A stretch of DNA of 64,000 nucleotides from Azolla caroliniana (lineage: Eukaryota > Plantae > Polypodiophyta), in NCBI GenBank assembly GCA_043228905.1, contig JBHGNT010000005.1, positions 21,390,001-21,454,000 on the forward strand, in the 5' to 3' direction. Positions 1 through 12,396 of the stretch are shown piece by piece; position 1 is the stretch's first letter, and each line of letters starts with the position of its first letter. Under the pieces are notes generated by a model. The model was given only the letters and a program-made list of their open reading frames with translations. It did not search any database and was not told the origin of the DNA. The position numbers were made by a program, and so were the translations under genes.

Positions 1-2123
1 TCGTTTGTTTGGCGACTGATGCAGCTTCATCCAATCCTTGTCTGACCCTCCGGCCGCTCCGACTGCTACAACCACTGTCCGGCTATTCCGACTGGTTTCC
101 GACCCTTCCGACTACTCTCTCCGCTCTTCAGCCAATATTTGGCCAATGTTCTTGTTGCTATCAAGCCCCTCTCTAGCCGGAACTCTCCTGTTGCGGCCGC
201 TGCTTCGTCGGGTTTTGTGGTCGTCTCTATCGACCGGCTGTCATACCGGCATTTGTCCGACCGTCGGCTGTTGTTTAGCCACTATCCGGCCGCTCCAACC
301 ACTCCAACTGTTGTTCGGCTGCTCTTTAGCTGTTGTCCGGCGTCGTCCGGTTTTGCTGCCTCGTTTCCGTCTTCGTTCCGGCGCTGTTCGACCACTTCGA
401 CCGCTCTTCGGCCAACGCTTTTCCGGCCTCTCGTCAGTCTTTGTCGGTGTCACCGTTCTGGCCATCGATCCGTCTTCGTCCGGCCCATTCTAGTCATCGT
501 CCGGTCCATTCCGGCCAGTTTTCCGGCAGTCGGTTCGGTTGTTGTCCGGCTGCTCCCATCTCTGGCCATTTCAGTCTTGCTTTTCTCAAGCTTTCCACTG
601 TTTGGTCTCTGTCCGGCAGACTCCATCTTCAGCCAATGTCTCTCCGGTCTTCTTTCGGCGTCATCATTGTTGCTGTCGTCGCTGCAGCCCCTATCCGACC
701 GTTTTGGATGTTGTCCGACCACTCCGACCACTTCTTGGCCGTCGTTCCGGTCGCTTTACGGCCGTTGTCTGGCTATTCCGGCCCCATCCGATCGTCAGTG
801 TCTTTCTGGCCCTTCTACTGTCTGAGTTTGGCCATCCATCCGGTGTCTCATTTTGTTTTGGACGTCTTTCGAGCTGTATCCGTCCGGTTCATTCCGTTCT
901 TTTCCCGTTTCTTCTATCCGGACCGTTCCATCGTGTTTATGTATTGTCTCCGGTCCCCGTCCGTGGCTTTCTGCATCACATCGTCTCGTCCGACTTCTCT
1001 GTTTCTGGTTATGTTGAGTCTGTATCTTTGTATGTCGACCGCCCGTTTCCCACTGCCCATGGTCTTTGTGTGGCATCTCTATTGCAGTCGTCATCCATGT
1101 CTTTGTTTTTCCAGTAGTCTCCTTCTCTGTTTGGTGCCTCCAACTGTGTCTTTCCATTGCTGTTGGTTTCTCTGGTCGTCAATGTTTGGTTTGCGTTTGC
1201 ATCTCTTCTTTGTCTTCTATGGTCCTTCGGTGTTAACCAACTCCGGTTCCGACTCTCTCCACCTTGTTTCTTCTGGAACCATTTCCCGTGCATTCTCAAC
1301 ACATCCTGCCGGTCTCCGCTCCACACACTGCGACTTTCTCCGCAGTCTCCCGGTGGGCTTCTCTTTCCGGTCGTGCTGGCACCGGTTCCCTCTGCGTTGC
1401 TGTTTGTCTAGTCGTGCATCTTGCACCACGCTTTTGAGAACACGCACATTGTCGCTAACCGCTTTCGGAAACACACACATGGACACTAATCACAATCTCG
1501 CACAAACATTGTTGCCATTCATGCATTCCTCCATAGACTTCCTCCAACATCTTCACCGTCATTTTCGCGTTTCGCCATTTCTTTAGAACACTTTTGGCGC
1601 TATGGCTTGCATCGCCGCGTATCATTCTTCGACTCCGTCTCCAAAGGGGGGTCGCCTTAGTGGTCGCCAAAAGGTGTTGTACGTTTTTAGGGTTAGGGTT
1701 AACATTTATGATAAACGATTGATGATAAGTGATTGAGAAGCATTACGGGGTGGGGGGTGGTGCCTAGAATGGCTCCACCTCCCGCCCAAGGGGTTTCAAC
1801 GTAAGGGGAAGAGAGAGAGAGAGAGATGGAAAGAGAGAGATTGAGAGAGAAATGGTTATTCATGTTTCATTCATTCCCCATAAGGGGTTAAATAGTACAA
1901 GAGGGGGTAGATACATAGGGGTGTAAGCCCCCTCGAGCATTCATACTGGACACTCACTCACACCTCCTCGTATCCATCCACATGCACACACGTGTGCATG
2001 TGTTCACATATGTATAGACCCACAATTACATTTATGCCCCCTACACATACACAACAACATCATGATAACATTCGACCCTCGCTCATCACACTTGCCTCTC
2101 CGTACATCTCGTACGGGGTAACA
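1..2123 (-). mobile_element. Large solo-LTR-like element, copy 1 (runs off the window start); paralog of 38715-39842 + 60925-62701
   Basis: Near-identical to 39479-39842 joined to 60925-62701 and ends in ...GGGGTAACA like copy 2. Carries the uninterrupted target site CTCGT at 360-364. Orientation inferred from a CTATTTAACCC / CT-rich segment on the minus strand. Confidence 0.6.
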
Positions 2124-3200
2124 ACAACATTCATTGGTAAAGTTCTTGAACATTGAGAGTCACTACTCACGTTCACATGAAATGTAATGTTTTTGGTCCC
2201 ATAGGTAATAAAATCTATTTATCTATTTATCTATCTATCTGCATGCACACTAACTCTCTTTTGACACGTAATCAACGTTAGAAGGCTCTCTCAAATACTC
2301 CAATAATCATTATTTAGTGGTGATTGTTTATCATTTCTTATTGGTTGAAAATACTTTGATTGTGCAAGTATATTGACATTGAAGTCTTAAGTCCACATTG
2401 TGCCATAACTAGAAGATCACATGCTCAAAATTTGTAGTTTTTGAATTTATGCCTACTATGTGACATTTGTTGTGTTCTTGTATTTTATTTTTTCTTCGAT
2501 TTAGCTCAACATCACGCGGAGTTTTAAATTTTCTCACATAAAGTATGAACAATGTATTTACGCATAACTACAAAATATTCATATTTCAATCATCACATTG
2601 TGAATTATGAATAATGTATGTAACATGCAAATCTAGTTGTGAGATATTCAGAAATGAACTTTAGAGATCAAACTCAAAAATGAACGATTTCATATACATC
2701 ATTAATAAGACTCTACACATAGACATAAGATTGTGCATTCAAACTTGGTTTTGTCTTATCTCCATTGGAATGTGTGTAACATGTAGATTTAGATGATTCT
2801 TCATGCTCTAAGTTTGAGATAATTAAGAATGAGTGTTAGCTCATCCAAAACACCCTTTACTAATATCACTTTCGACAACCAAAATATTGAAATAGGTAAC
2901 ATCATCTTATATAAGGTAACATCATCTTTTTAGTGATGACCATTTCAATTTCACAAACTAGAAAAATTTCACATGAATTCATTTCAGACAACCAAGGCTA
3001 GAAAATGATAGCATTATTGAAAGGTCACAATAAAAAGAAACAATTAAGATTAGAATGGATATTTTTAGGTTCCTTATTCAAAATGGATCTCTTAATATAC
3101 ATAAGCATTCTTTTTTGTTTTTGTTAACCATATCATTATTAATGATTGTGAGTCACATACGAATTTACTCAACCTTTAGGATGTAATTGAGGAATCAAAG
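1..3200 (+). repeat. Segmental/tandem duplication, copy 1 (matches 39479-39842 + 60925-~63953)
   Basis: Colinear high identity by eye across the element and the ~1 kb of AT-rich intron that follows, up to GAGGAATCAAAG. Confidence 0.95.
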
Positions 3201-3391
3201 AGTATGAGCAAAGTATTGGTATGGAAGCTAGCACAAATAATGGATTTGTTAACTTCCTAATGGCGCTCGAGTCAGATTTCTTTATTGGACCATTGGGATC
3301 AACATGGAGCCTTCTTCTTGATTGTATGCGGGCTACAAGTGGAAAACTTATGTTTGGGTTTTTGAGTGTAAATCTAGACACATTTTGGTAA
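3180..3391 (+). pseudogene. Frameshifted terminal exon of an At3g26950-like (GT23/alpha-1,6-fucosyltransferase-like) gene, copy 1
   Basis: Acceptor CTTTAG at 3174-3179, then DVIEESK. A shifted frame reads YEQSIGMEASTNNGFVNFLMALESDFFIGPLGSTWSLLLDCMRATSGKLMFGFLSVNLDTFW*, which resembles the recalled C-terminus VNFLMA.E.DFF.G.LGSTW...GYLSVN.DRFW. Internally deleted relative to 63933+. Confidence 0.75.
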
Positions 3392-3679
3392 GATAATAAA
3401 TGAAAGTGATGTGTCCACATGTTGATTTATTAATTTTTCCATGCATCATTTTATGGTACCATGTTATTGAAATTTTATAAACTTTGATGCACATTGTAAA
3501 CAAAATCCATTTCCACATGTATGCAAAATCATAGTTGCTTTGCCTATAACAATTTACTAATTTAGCTTATATAGTTTCAATTATGACTTGCTTAAAGTAT
3601 TGATTTTTAAATTCAAACAAAATGGGCGATTGTTTATGGAGCAAGATATTAAGAGATGAATCAATTGTGAGTAAGTAGG

Positions 3680-4791
3680 GGATTTTAGGTGGAAAGGGTT
3701 TAGGTGGGGTTGTCGGCCCCTCGTCCAACTAGAATGGGATCCAGGGGATTTTAGGTGGAAACATGATGGCAGACTTTGCCATTTCTTCGAGTACAACACT
3801 AAACTGGGTTGGACTTTTCAACTACAGCTAGATGGCCCCTTACACAATAGTTGGCGTACATTGGGCATCCCTGATGAGGTGCTCATTACCTTTTGGAAGG
3901 GTCTCTGGCATCTCCACATGCCGGAAAAGATAAAGTTTTTTTGGTGGCAAATCGGTCATAATGTGGTTCCCGTTGGCAAATGGCTAGGTAAACGTGGTGG
4001 CCCATTAGACTGCCCACTTTGCCATTCACCTATTGAGACTCTGAGGCATTGTCTGTGGGATTGCCCTCAAGCTCAAAAGGTATGGGATAGAGTGACTCGC
4101 CTCCTTGCGGCATGTGAAGTGGAAGGAACAACATCGTGGAGTGTTGCGGCATGGCTTGATCACTATTGATAGGTGGACGGACATGCATGAGAGGCAAATT
4201 TGCCAAGATTCGATTTGAGAGAGGCTTGCAGTCCGCATCCCCTAGGTTCCCGGACATTTGGATGCTGATCGCAGGCTTCACCCTGTGGTACGTATGGAAA
4301 GCGCGTTGCCTAAAGGTCTTTCAGGATCTGGTGCGGCCCTTGGAGGAAATGATCATGGACATATGGTTTGCGCTTATCATCTACCTACGAGGGCAATTGG
4401 ACGAGGTTTGCAGCAATTCCAATGACGTGGTTACTGCCCGTTTGCGCTTTTGGCAGAAATGGCAAAACACGCCTATGGTGACACAAGGAGGAAGTGGCCC
4501 GAGGTGGAACTACCAGCCCCCACGTTGGCTGTTTCCGACTCACTTACCACCCTCCCTTCGTTGTCGGCCCTAGGAGTTGTCTCGTACTAGCCATCACTGA
4601 AGGGCGCCGTTTTTAGCTATAGGTACTTACATTAAGTAGTCAGTCGGAAAGGCGATGTAACTAGTCTCATTTTCTTGAACCTGATCGGAGGGAGATTCCC
4701 CGGTCTATGTATAAAGCTCCTTGTAGAGTCTCTTTGTAATAATCCTTCCTAACTAATGGGAAAGTAGCTTCATTTTGGAAAAGAAAAATTA
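3680..4791 (+). mobile_element. 5'-truncated L1-type LINE fragment (ORF2 C-terminal zf-RVT zinc-binding region)
   Basis: ORFs 3861-4169 and 4166-4573: W..LW....PEKIKFFWW..H..VP...CPLC....ET.RHCLWDC. A-rich 3' end; 13-bp TSD GTGAGTAAGTAGG at 3667-3679 and 4792-4804. Confidence 0.9.
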
Positions 4792-6138
4792 GTGAGTAAG
4801 TAGGATGGATTGATTAAATTTATGATACCATTTAGCAATAATTGAATTTGGTGTTTGTGTGAATCTATTTTCTCCACTTTAAAGGAAGCAATCTCTAAGT
4901 TTATAATGATAAATTTATAGGGACAACCATGGATTGATGAATGGATCATGTAAGCCCAACATATGAGCATCTTGAAAAAAGCCAAGAATCCTATCCCTTT
5001 TAGAGTTGTATCTCATTGATGTCCCATAGGGGCCCTTTCTGGCTTCCACTAGAGTTACACAAGAAGATATAAAAAACAATCACTCAAAAACAAAGAAGTA
5101 ACGTAGAGTAGAATCTCTCTCACAATAGTCATCACCTCTTCAATATGAACTCTATATATACTTGTCTCATCAATGAGCATGGCCTAACACTTGTAAAGTT
5201 TGATTTTATCATAAATGGTTCAATGTATCCTAATTGTATGATCAAAGACCAGGGATCAAATCTATGAATACCCTATTGTCACTGTTACAAGTCAGTTCAT
5301 AACCACATGGTCTACCACATCACTTGCACTCCTGTCACCTTTTCCCATACTCCCTTTTCAAAGAACCTTTACCCACAATAAGGGAAAACATTTCCCTAAA
5401 CACCCACATCCACACCAACAAAAATATACACATCAACATCCACTTACACCTACACATTACCTTATACTTACTTTTACACATTAAAATACATCTATTCAAC
5501 ATATTTACTAAACACACATGCATATTTGCATGTATATACTTATACATATTAACATACATTCATAAACATGCACATCATGCATATACTTCTTGTTAACCGA
5601 TGGGACAAGTGGGACACTGTGTGAACAAGCAAAGGGAGCTGAGCAAAGGGAGCCGAGTATTAAGAACAGTTGTAAAGCGCTGAGCATAGAGGGCCATATA
5701 TATATACCAAGTATTGTAGAACAGAAAAAGTGGGACAAGGCCAAGAATAGAGGGATAGAGAGTGAGTACTTGTATATGGCTACAAATACGAAGGTTACGT
5801 TACCAAAAATGTTTGCGTCCATGCTCACACACATGTTAAACACAAAAGCTTGTTAGCTTACATATGCATACTCATACAAAGCTAAAATGGACATCATGAG
5901 ATACAAACATGAGGAATCAAATTAGCCAATAGGCATTCCTAGAGAGTTAAACACAAAATTCAACAAATATTAATGAAGAAGAATATAACATTTGTCAACT
6001 TGGTTATGAAACCTATGTTCCATGGTTGAAGTCCCCTATGATCCCATTGACATTGCACATGCACATATGTAATTTCGAGACATCGTATATCAAAATGAGC
6101 TTATCAAATGAAATTTTCTCTTGATCACAATCCATTAA

Positions 6139-9111
6139 TGTTAAGAGTATATTACTACTCAATAGACCAAAATAAAGTAAAAAGAAGGAAAATAGATTGG
6201 ATTGAATTTAGGATGACTAATACCTTGGAAGAGATAACACGATCGTCGAGACGAAAGCGATGTGCTTATGAGGGTAGTTAAGCCTCATATTTATACCTCT
6301 TCCTAGTCCCCTTGAATAGATGTGCCTTTCTAAAAGGCTTTCCATTCATTGGTTTTCCAAATCATGATAGTGCATGCACCTATCATTCATTCTATCCAAT
6401 CACATTAGTCCCCTTTTTAACATTAGTGAACATACCCTTCACTTATGTAAATATTTGTGACCTACCCTCACCTACATTATGTGTACATAACATACTCCCC
6501 TACTTCAAAGATTGCACTCTTGCAATATAAAGTGAGGAAATTGTGCCTTAAGAGAATGTTGGCGTTCCCATGTGGTATCATCAATAGGTTTATCCAACTA
6601 TTTGATCTTGAATAGTCGAATTTCTTTAGAACGTAAAAGTTTAGTACGAGAATCAAGAATTCGTTCAGGAACATGAGGTTTGTAAGAAAAATCCTCTAAT
6701 GTTACAAGGCCTTGGATTGTGATGGTGCCAACACTAGAACCTAAAAATGGTTTTAAACGACTCACCTGAAAAATAAGATGAATACCAACGTTTAGGGGTA
6801 AGGCAAGGTGATAAGCAAATGACCCAACTCACTTAAGGATTTCAAATGGGCCACAATATCATGGGGCTAACTTAGCACACTTGGCAATATGCAACATTTG
6901 GTTCATGTCTTGCAAAAAATTGTGTGTATTGTCTAATGTATCACGATCAATCGTAACATTAACTGGGGCATGTGGTTGAAAACCATACATCAACATAAAG
7001 GACTATGTCTAGTGGATGTCTGTTTTGAGCTATTATAGGCAAATTCTAAGATAGGAAGGTATTGATCCCACTTAGAAGGGGTTTTTGCTACATATGCTTG
7101 AAGCATGTTCTCAATAATTTGATTAACTCATTCAATTTGTCCATTAGACTGAGGATGATCTGCAGAACTCATGCTCAACATAGTTTCTAGCTTCTTGAAG
7201 ACCTAAGTCCAAAAGTCACTAGTAAACTTGGAATCTTGATCACTAACAATATCCATAGGTAATCCATAAAAACGAAATAACTCGTCAACATATTGATAAG
7301 CCAATTTTGGAGCGGTTACCATGGTTTTAGTAGGAATAAATCTAGCCAATTTTGTTAGTTAGTCAACGATAACCCAAATGGCATCATGACCCCTCTGTGT
7401 ACGAGGTAAACTAACAATAAAATCCATCGAGATACATTCCCATTTGTTGTTGGGAATATCTAAGGGATGTAAAATACCAGCAACTTTAAGTTGTTCCCAC
7501 TTATTAACTTGACATTGTAAGCATTGAGTCACGTATTTATGCATGTCAGAGCGCATCTTAGGCTAGAAAAAACTACTCGAGAAAAAATTTGCATCATTGT
7601 GACATAAGCCACAAATTGATACAAATGGTGGTGGTGTTGTGCGCAAAGTTGTAGTACTCAAATCTATGAGTAAAACATCAATAGGGGAACTCATGTGTTT
7701 TTAATCGAGTTCTAAGGCTCAATTACATGAGTTAAACCTAGAGGACACTTTGGCAGAAATATTTAAAATGCGGAATGATGCCCACTCAATACAAAAAAAA
7801 TAGTCTACACAAAATCATTATCCAATAGGGAAACACACGTAAATAGTGTAGATGAACATAAAAATAAGAGTAAGAAAGAGAGTTAATTGTGGGTGGGAAA
7901 TGACGATTACAAGAAAATCATAAGAAAGTGAAAAGATAATTTGTGTAATTAGAAAATACTTAGGATAATAATCAAATAGATTTATGAAATGTTAACCATG
8001 TCCTAAGGTAAGAAACCCTAGAGTAGTTGACATGCACTTCGCCAACACCAAAACATCCCGTAGAATCGGCCAAGTGATGGCTCGATAGAGAGTAGAGTGG
8101 CATAGGTAGTCAACATACACCTCGTCAAGACCACAACATACCATAGAATAGCCAAAAGATGGCTGAATAGAGGGAAGAGTGGCACACACAACATCATAAG
8201 CAAAAGGGCCATGAAGTGAGTGCCATGTGCAATTAGGGCAAACACGCTCAACCCGGTGCATAAATTTAATTATTATCGTAAGAGATGACTCAAGAGAGGG
8301 GAGAGTGGGAGATACATCGCAATATGCAAATGGGCCATGAGTTCAGCGTGTGCGATTAGTGCAAACACGCTTGACCCGATGCACAATTATAAGATTTTAA
8401 ATCGTATCATGGTAGAAAGAAAAGAAAAGAAAACATAATACAAATTTGATTCGACCAAGAAGAATGCATCATAGAAAAGAAGAGAGATCAAGAAAAGAAT
8501 ACCAAGTTAAGAATGTTGTTTTGAGCTTGAGAAGAGCATGACGAACCTTGTTAGATCCCCATCGCTCACACCCAAAAAACATGAAAAGTTACATGAAAAC
8601 AACAAAAACAAATTGTTAGTAAATGCTCTGATACCATTGTTAAGAGTCTATTACTAATCAATAGACCAAAATAAAGTAAAAAGAAGGAAAATAGATTTGA
8701 TAGAAGAACTCGTTCAACCCGACCACCCCCGAACTACGATCTAGACATGGCCAACCTACCACCGACGTCCCATACCGTCGGATATTAGGATGACAAATAC
8801 CTTGGAAGAGATAACATGATCGTCGAGACAAATCCTAGCCCGCACCACCACTGTCTAAGACAATAGCCTTCCGACGTAATGTGCTTATGAGGGTAGCTAA
8901 GCCTCATATTTGTACCTCTTCCTAGGCCCTTTGAATAGATGTGCCTTTCTAAAAGGCTCTCCATTCACTGGTTGTCCAAATCATGATAGTGCATGCACCT
9001 ATCATTCCTTCTATCTAATCACATTAGTCCCCTTTTTAACATTAGTGAACATATCCTTCACTTGTGTAAATATTAGTGACCTACCATCACCTACATTATG
9101 TCTACATAACA
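6139..9111 (-). mobile_element. Internally deleted Ty3/Gypsy (chromovirus-type) LTR retrotransposon
   Basis: LTRs 6139-6492 and 8638-9111 (TG..CA); TSD ATTAA at 6134-6138 and 9112-9116; tRNA-iMet PBS (GCTCTGATACCA on +, 8625-8636); PPT next to 6492. Only degenerate integrase remains (WECISMDFIVSLPRTQRGHDAIWVIVD, ~6700-7560). Confidence 0.92.
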
Positions 9112-9149
9112 ATTAATGCTTATTTGCTAATCAAACACGCATTATAGAA

Positions 9150-10910
9150 TATCTTTAAACACATTCGCGCTCAAAAGTGGAAGGATGGTGCATTCCATCA
9201 TTAGATTCCTTTTATAATCTTACGATTTTAGGCAATTTTCAGAAAGTTGATACACTAGTATCACATGTCGTAAATAACATGTAAAATTTCCTAATTTTTT
9301 GAGATTTAACAAGTGTCACAATGATAATTTCGAAAATTCAATAGTTTTCTGATAAATGTTTAAACGTTGATGGTCTACTAATATGAAATGTAGTTAACTT
9401 AAGGAAAATCACAATGGTTAACTCAAAGCACAAGTTAAGATTAATGATTTCACCATCTTGAGGAGATGTGGGTTCTGAAAGTGTTATAAACATCTATAAA
9501 TTTAGTGCTCATCAACAACCATAAATTTAGAACTCCAAAAATATAGACAATATTCATGAACTGTCAAACCTAGACGTGAACATTAATATATCATTAGAAC
9601 ATATCACATAGTTATCAGGGTATCCACATTACTCTCCTCTTCTTCCTTTTGAGAACTCTGCTCCAAAATTTGTGGAATAGTATCTACTCCACATAGGCTA
9701 GCAATGGTAGGGTCCTCTACTAGCTCGTCGTCAAAATCAATAACCTCCTCAAGTTCACCAGGTAATGGGGCAATTAATGAAAACATTAAGGCTTTAATCC
9801 TCATGTGAATGAAACTCACTTGCTCATCTAACTTTTGTCAGTGTAAAGTCATACATAATGATTACCATCCAATTATTTTAAAAACAGAGATTTCAATACA
9901 ATTTGATACAATGTAACGAATTCAAATTGCAGTACAATTCAATACTCAGGTTCAAAATGTTTTCATCACAATTTGATTCTTAGTATCGAATTCCGGTTCA
10001 AAGTTTTTATTTTATTTTATTTTATTTCTTTTGAAAAAAAAAACTTTGAACCTGAATCCAGATTTCAAATTGTGATGTTTTCATCACGATTCGATACTTA
10101 GTATCAAATCCAGGTTTAACTTATTTATTTATTTATTTCAAAACAAAATAAAATAAAAACTTTGAACTTGAATTCGATACTAAGAATCAAATTGTGATGA
10201 AAACACTTTGAACCTGAGTATCGAATTGTGTTGCAATTTGAATTCGTGACATTGTACCAAATTGTACGAAAATCTCTGTTGTTAAATAATTGTGCCGATG
10301 GTAATCATTGTGTATGACTTTACATTGACAAAAGTTGGATGTTTAAGGATGTCAACGATAGAAATAATAAAAGAGAAATTACCATGTCTAAAAGGTGTCT
10401 CGGATTGAAGGCGAACAAGATTTAGTGCGCATAATTTCGAGACACCATCTGAGTTTAGATGAAGACAATGCTTTGATTGGTACATTTGAAAATGAGAAGG
10501 AATAGTCACAATTGTATATAAGCTATAATAGTGACTCTCATGAAAGGAGTGATCATAGTGACGCAAATAACTCTTGAATGTATATTTTGTGCAACAATAT
10601 GTAATAGATTTAGACAACATTTTATTCAATGATATACAAAAGCTAATTGTTTTGAAATCTTTCACTTTCGATTTCTTTAAGATCTAAACAATTATTAGTT
10701 TTCATTTTTCCTTAAAAATACGCAAAGTTACTTTTCGTATTTGGCCAACATTTTCCAATTTTACCAAATGGTGAAATTTTCAGTTTTTTCATCAAGTTTT
10801 TGAGAATATGTGATACTAGTATCAAGATGTTTTATGAAATGGCCAAAAAAGCCCCAAAATCAAACAGAATATTCCTTATCCTTCCATTTGTGAACGCGAA
10901 CATGTTTTTA
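9150..10910. mobile_element. Foldback/MULE-like element with long degenerate terminal inverted repeats
   Basis: ~9155-9290 is the degenerate reverse complement of ~10795-10910 (e.g. ACTAGTATCACAT / ATGTGATACTAGT and GTGGAAGGAT / ATCCTTCCAT). No TSD identified. Confidence 0.5.
9825..10341. repeat. Long inverted repeat (MITE-like hairpin, arms ~200 bp)
   Basis: CATCTAACTTTTGTCAGTGTAAAGTCATACA... from ~9825 mirrors ...TGTATGACTTTACATTGACAAAAGTTGGATG ending at 10341; internal subrepeat TTCATCACAATTTGATTCTTAGTATC. Confidence 0.88.
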
Positions 10911-12234
10911 CTGTTTTTGTTAACTATGATATTATCTAGCTAATTATCACAGTGATAAGCATACTCATCAATGCCTTTACTAATATGCATCATATATTCT
11001 CGTGAGAATATATGGTGTGAATCATCATGATATTCATGTTAACTCTAAAGGTTAACCCTAAAGACTAGTACTCAATTCCTTACCATTGTAAGCTTTTTAA
11101 GCCTCATAGATGAGCATTGACGCCAAAAACTGCATCCAATATTATTCTATTCAAGGGATTAATATTTTTAATTATTATGTATTCGTTGTCGCGAAGTTTG
11201 CGCCCGCAGGAGAAATGTAAGTGAGACCACCATAAATTGAATCAGGGAAGATGTCGGTTGTCGAATAGGAATTTCTCTTCAATATGAATTTTATGTGGGC
11301 GTCAACTCTTTGGGGTAATTTAGAGTATACATATAGTAATGTGTAAAAGAATGTGCAAGTATGATTTAGTTAAGAAATATATATGTATATGGTTATGTTG
11401 AGGAGTATGTATATGATCCGAAATATGTATTTGTATTAATGTAATTGTGTGAGGATGTGTATGAGAGTAAATGTTGTTGTGGAGTTCGTCATTGGTGCAT
11501 CGTACCATTGGGGCAATGAGCAAGGAGAGTTAATAAAGAAAAGCGAGAGAAACGAGCAAAAAGAAGATATGTAGATAGTGCAAGCTTCAAGTAGCAAACA
11601 ATATATGATAAAAATATGCTCTATTAAATTGAGAATGCATAACTTTAGTTACCAAATTTACAATATTCCACCATAAGGATAACATTTTATCTCTATTGAA
11701 CTTCAACTCAAAGCCTTCACTTTGTTTTTGAGAAATGAGAAACCTTCCCAATAAGCTCGCTTGATCTCTTGATTATTATTCATAAATGAATTTTTCTTAA
11801 TGCCTACCTACTTCAATTTCTTCTCCTTAAATAGGTGTTTCAATAAGAATGCATATCATGTGTCAATGCATGTGTGTGAGAGTGCATGTGATGTGCAATT
11901 GCCACTTCATGCATATTTGATGAATGACAACCATGTCGCTCAAGACATAATTACATGTTGCATGACAACCATGTCTTAAGGCAAATGTATAGAGTGTATT
12001 TCTTTGTGCATGTTTGAGCATATAAGAAGACGTGATAGAATGGATGATGAAAACATGGGATTCATTTCAACAAAAACAAGATGAGGGTTTCACAACAACT
12101 TAAAAAAGGAAACACAAAGCACCTTCAAAAACCTATATTCATGATTATGATATCCAACAATTATAAGCAATGAAAGCATGGAAGTTGTTTCACATAAAAA
12201 TCAAAGAAAAGTTAAAAGGTATGGATCTTGAGAC

Positions 12235-12396
12235 ACATAATTTAACCTCTTTGATGACATTCCTTTAAAAAACTAGTTTTAACATATGTAACATCTCTTG
12301 TTACTATGCTGAAGACATAATTTAACCTCTTTGATGACATTCCTTTAAGAAACTAGTTTTAACAAATGTAACATCTCTTGTTACTATGCTGAAGAC
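12235..12396 (+). repeat. Tandem duplication, ~80 bp x2
   Basis: ACATAATTTAACCTCTTTGATGACATTCC...GTTACTATGCTGAAG occurs at 12235 and 12315. Confidence 0.9.

Noticed and set aside
38-1586. Long ORFs (417 aa, 228 aa and others; paralogs at 38903-39848 and 60788-62164) as protein-coding genes
   Set aside because: They lie in an A-poor LTR-like sequence where stops are rare in all + frames, and show no domain motifs. The 458-aa version is a chimera across an LTR junction.
5591-5855. Possible small solo LTR or insertion
   Set aside because: No convincing terminal CA and TSD pair found.
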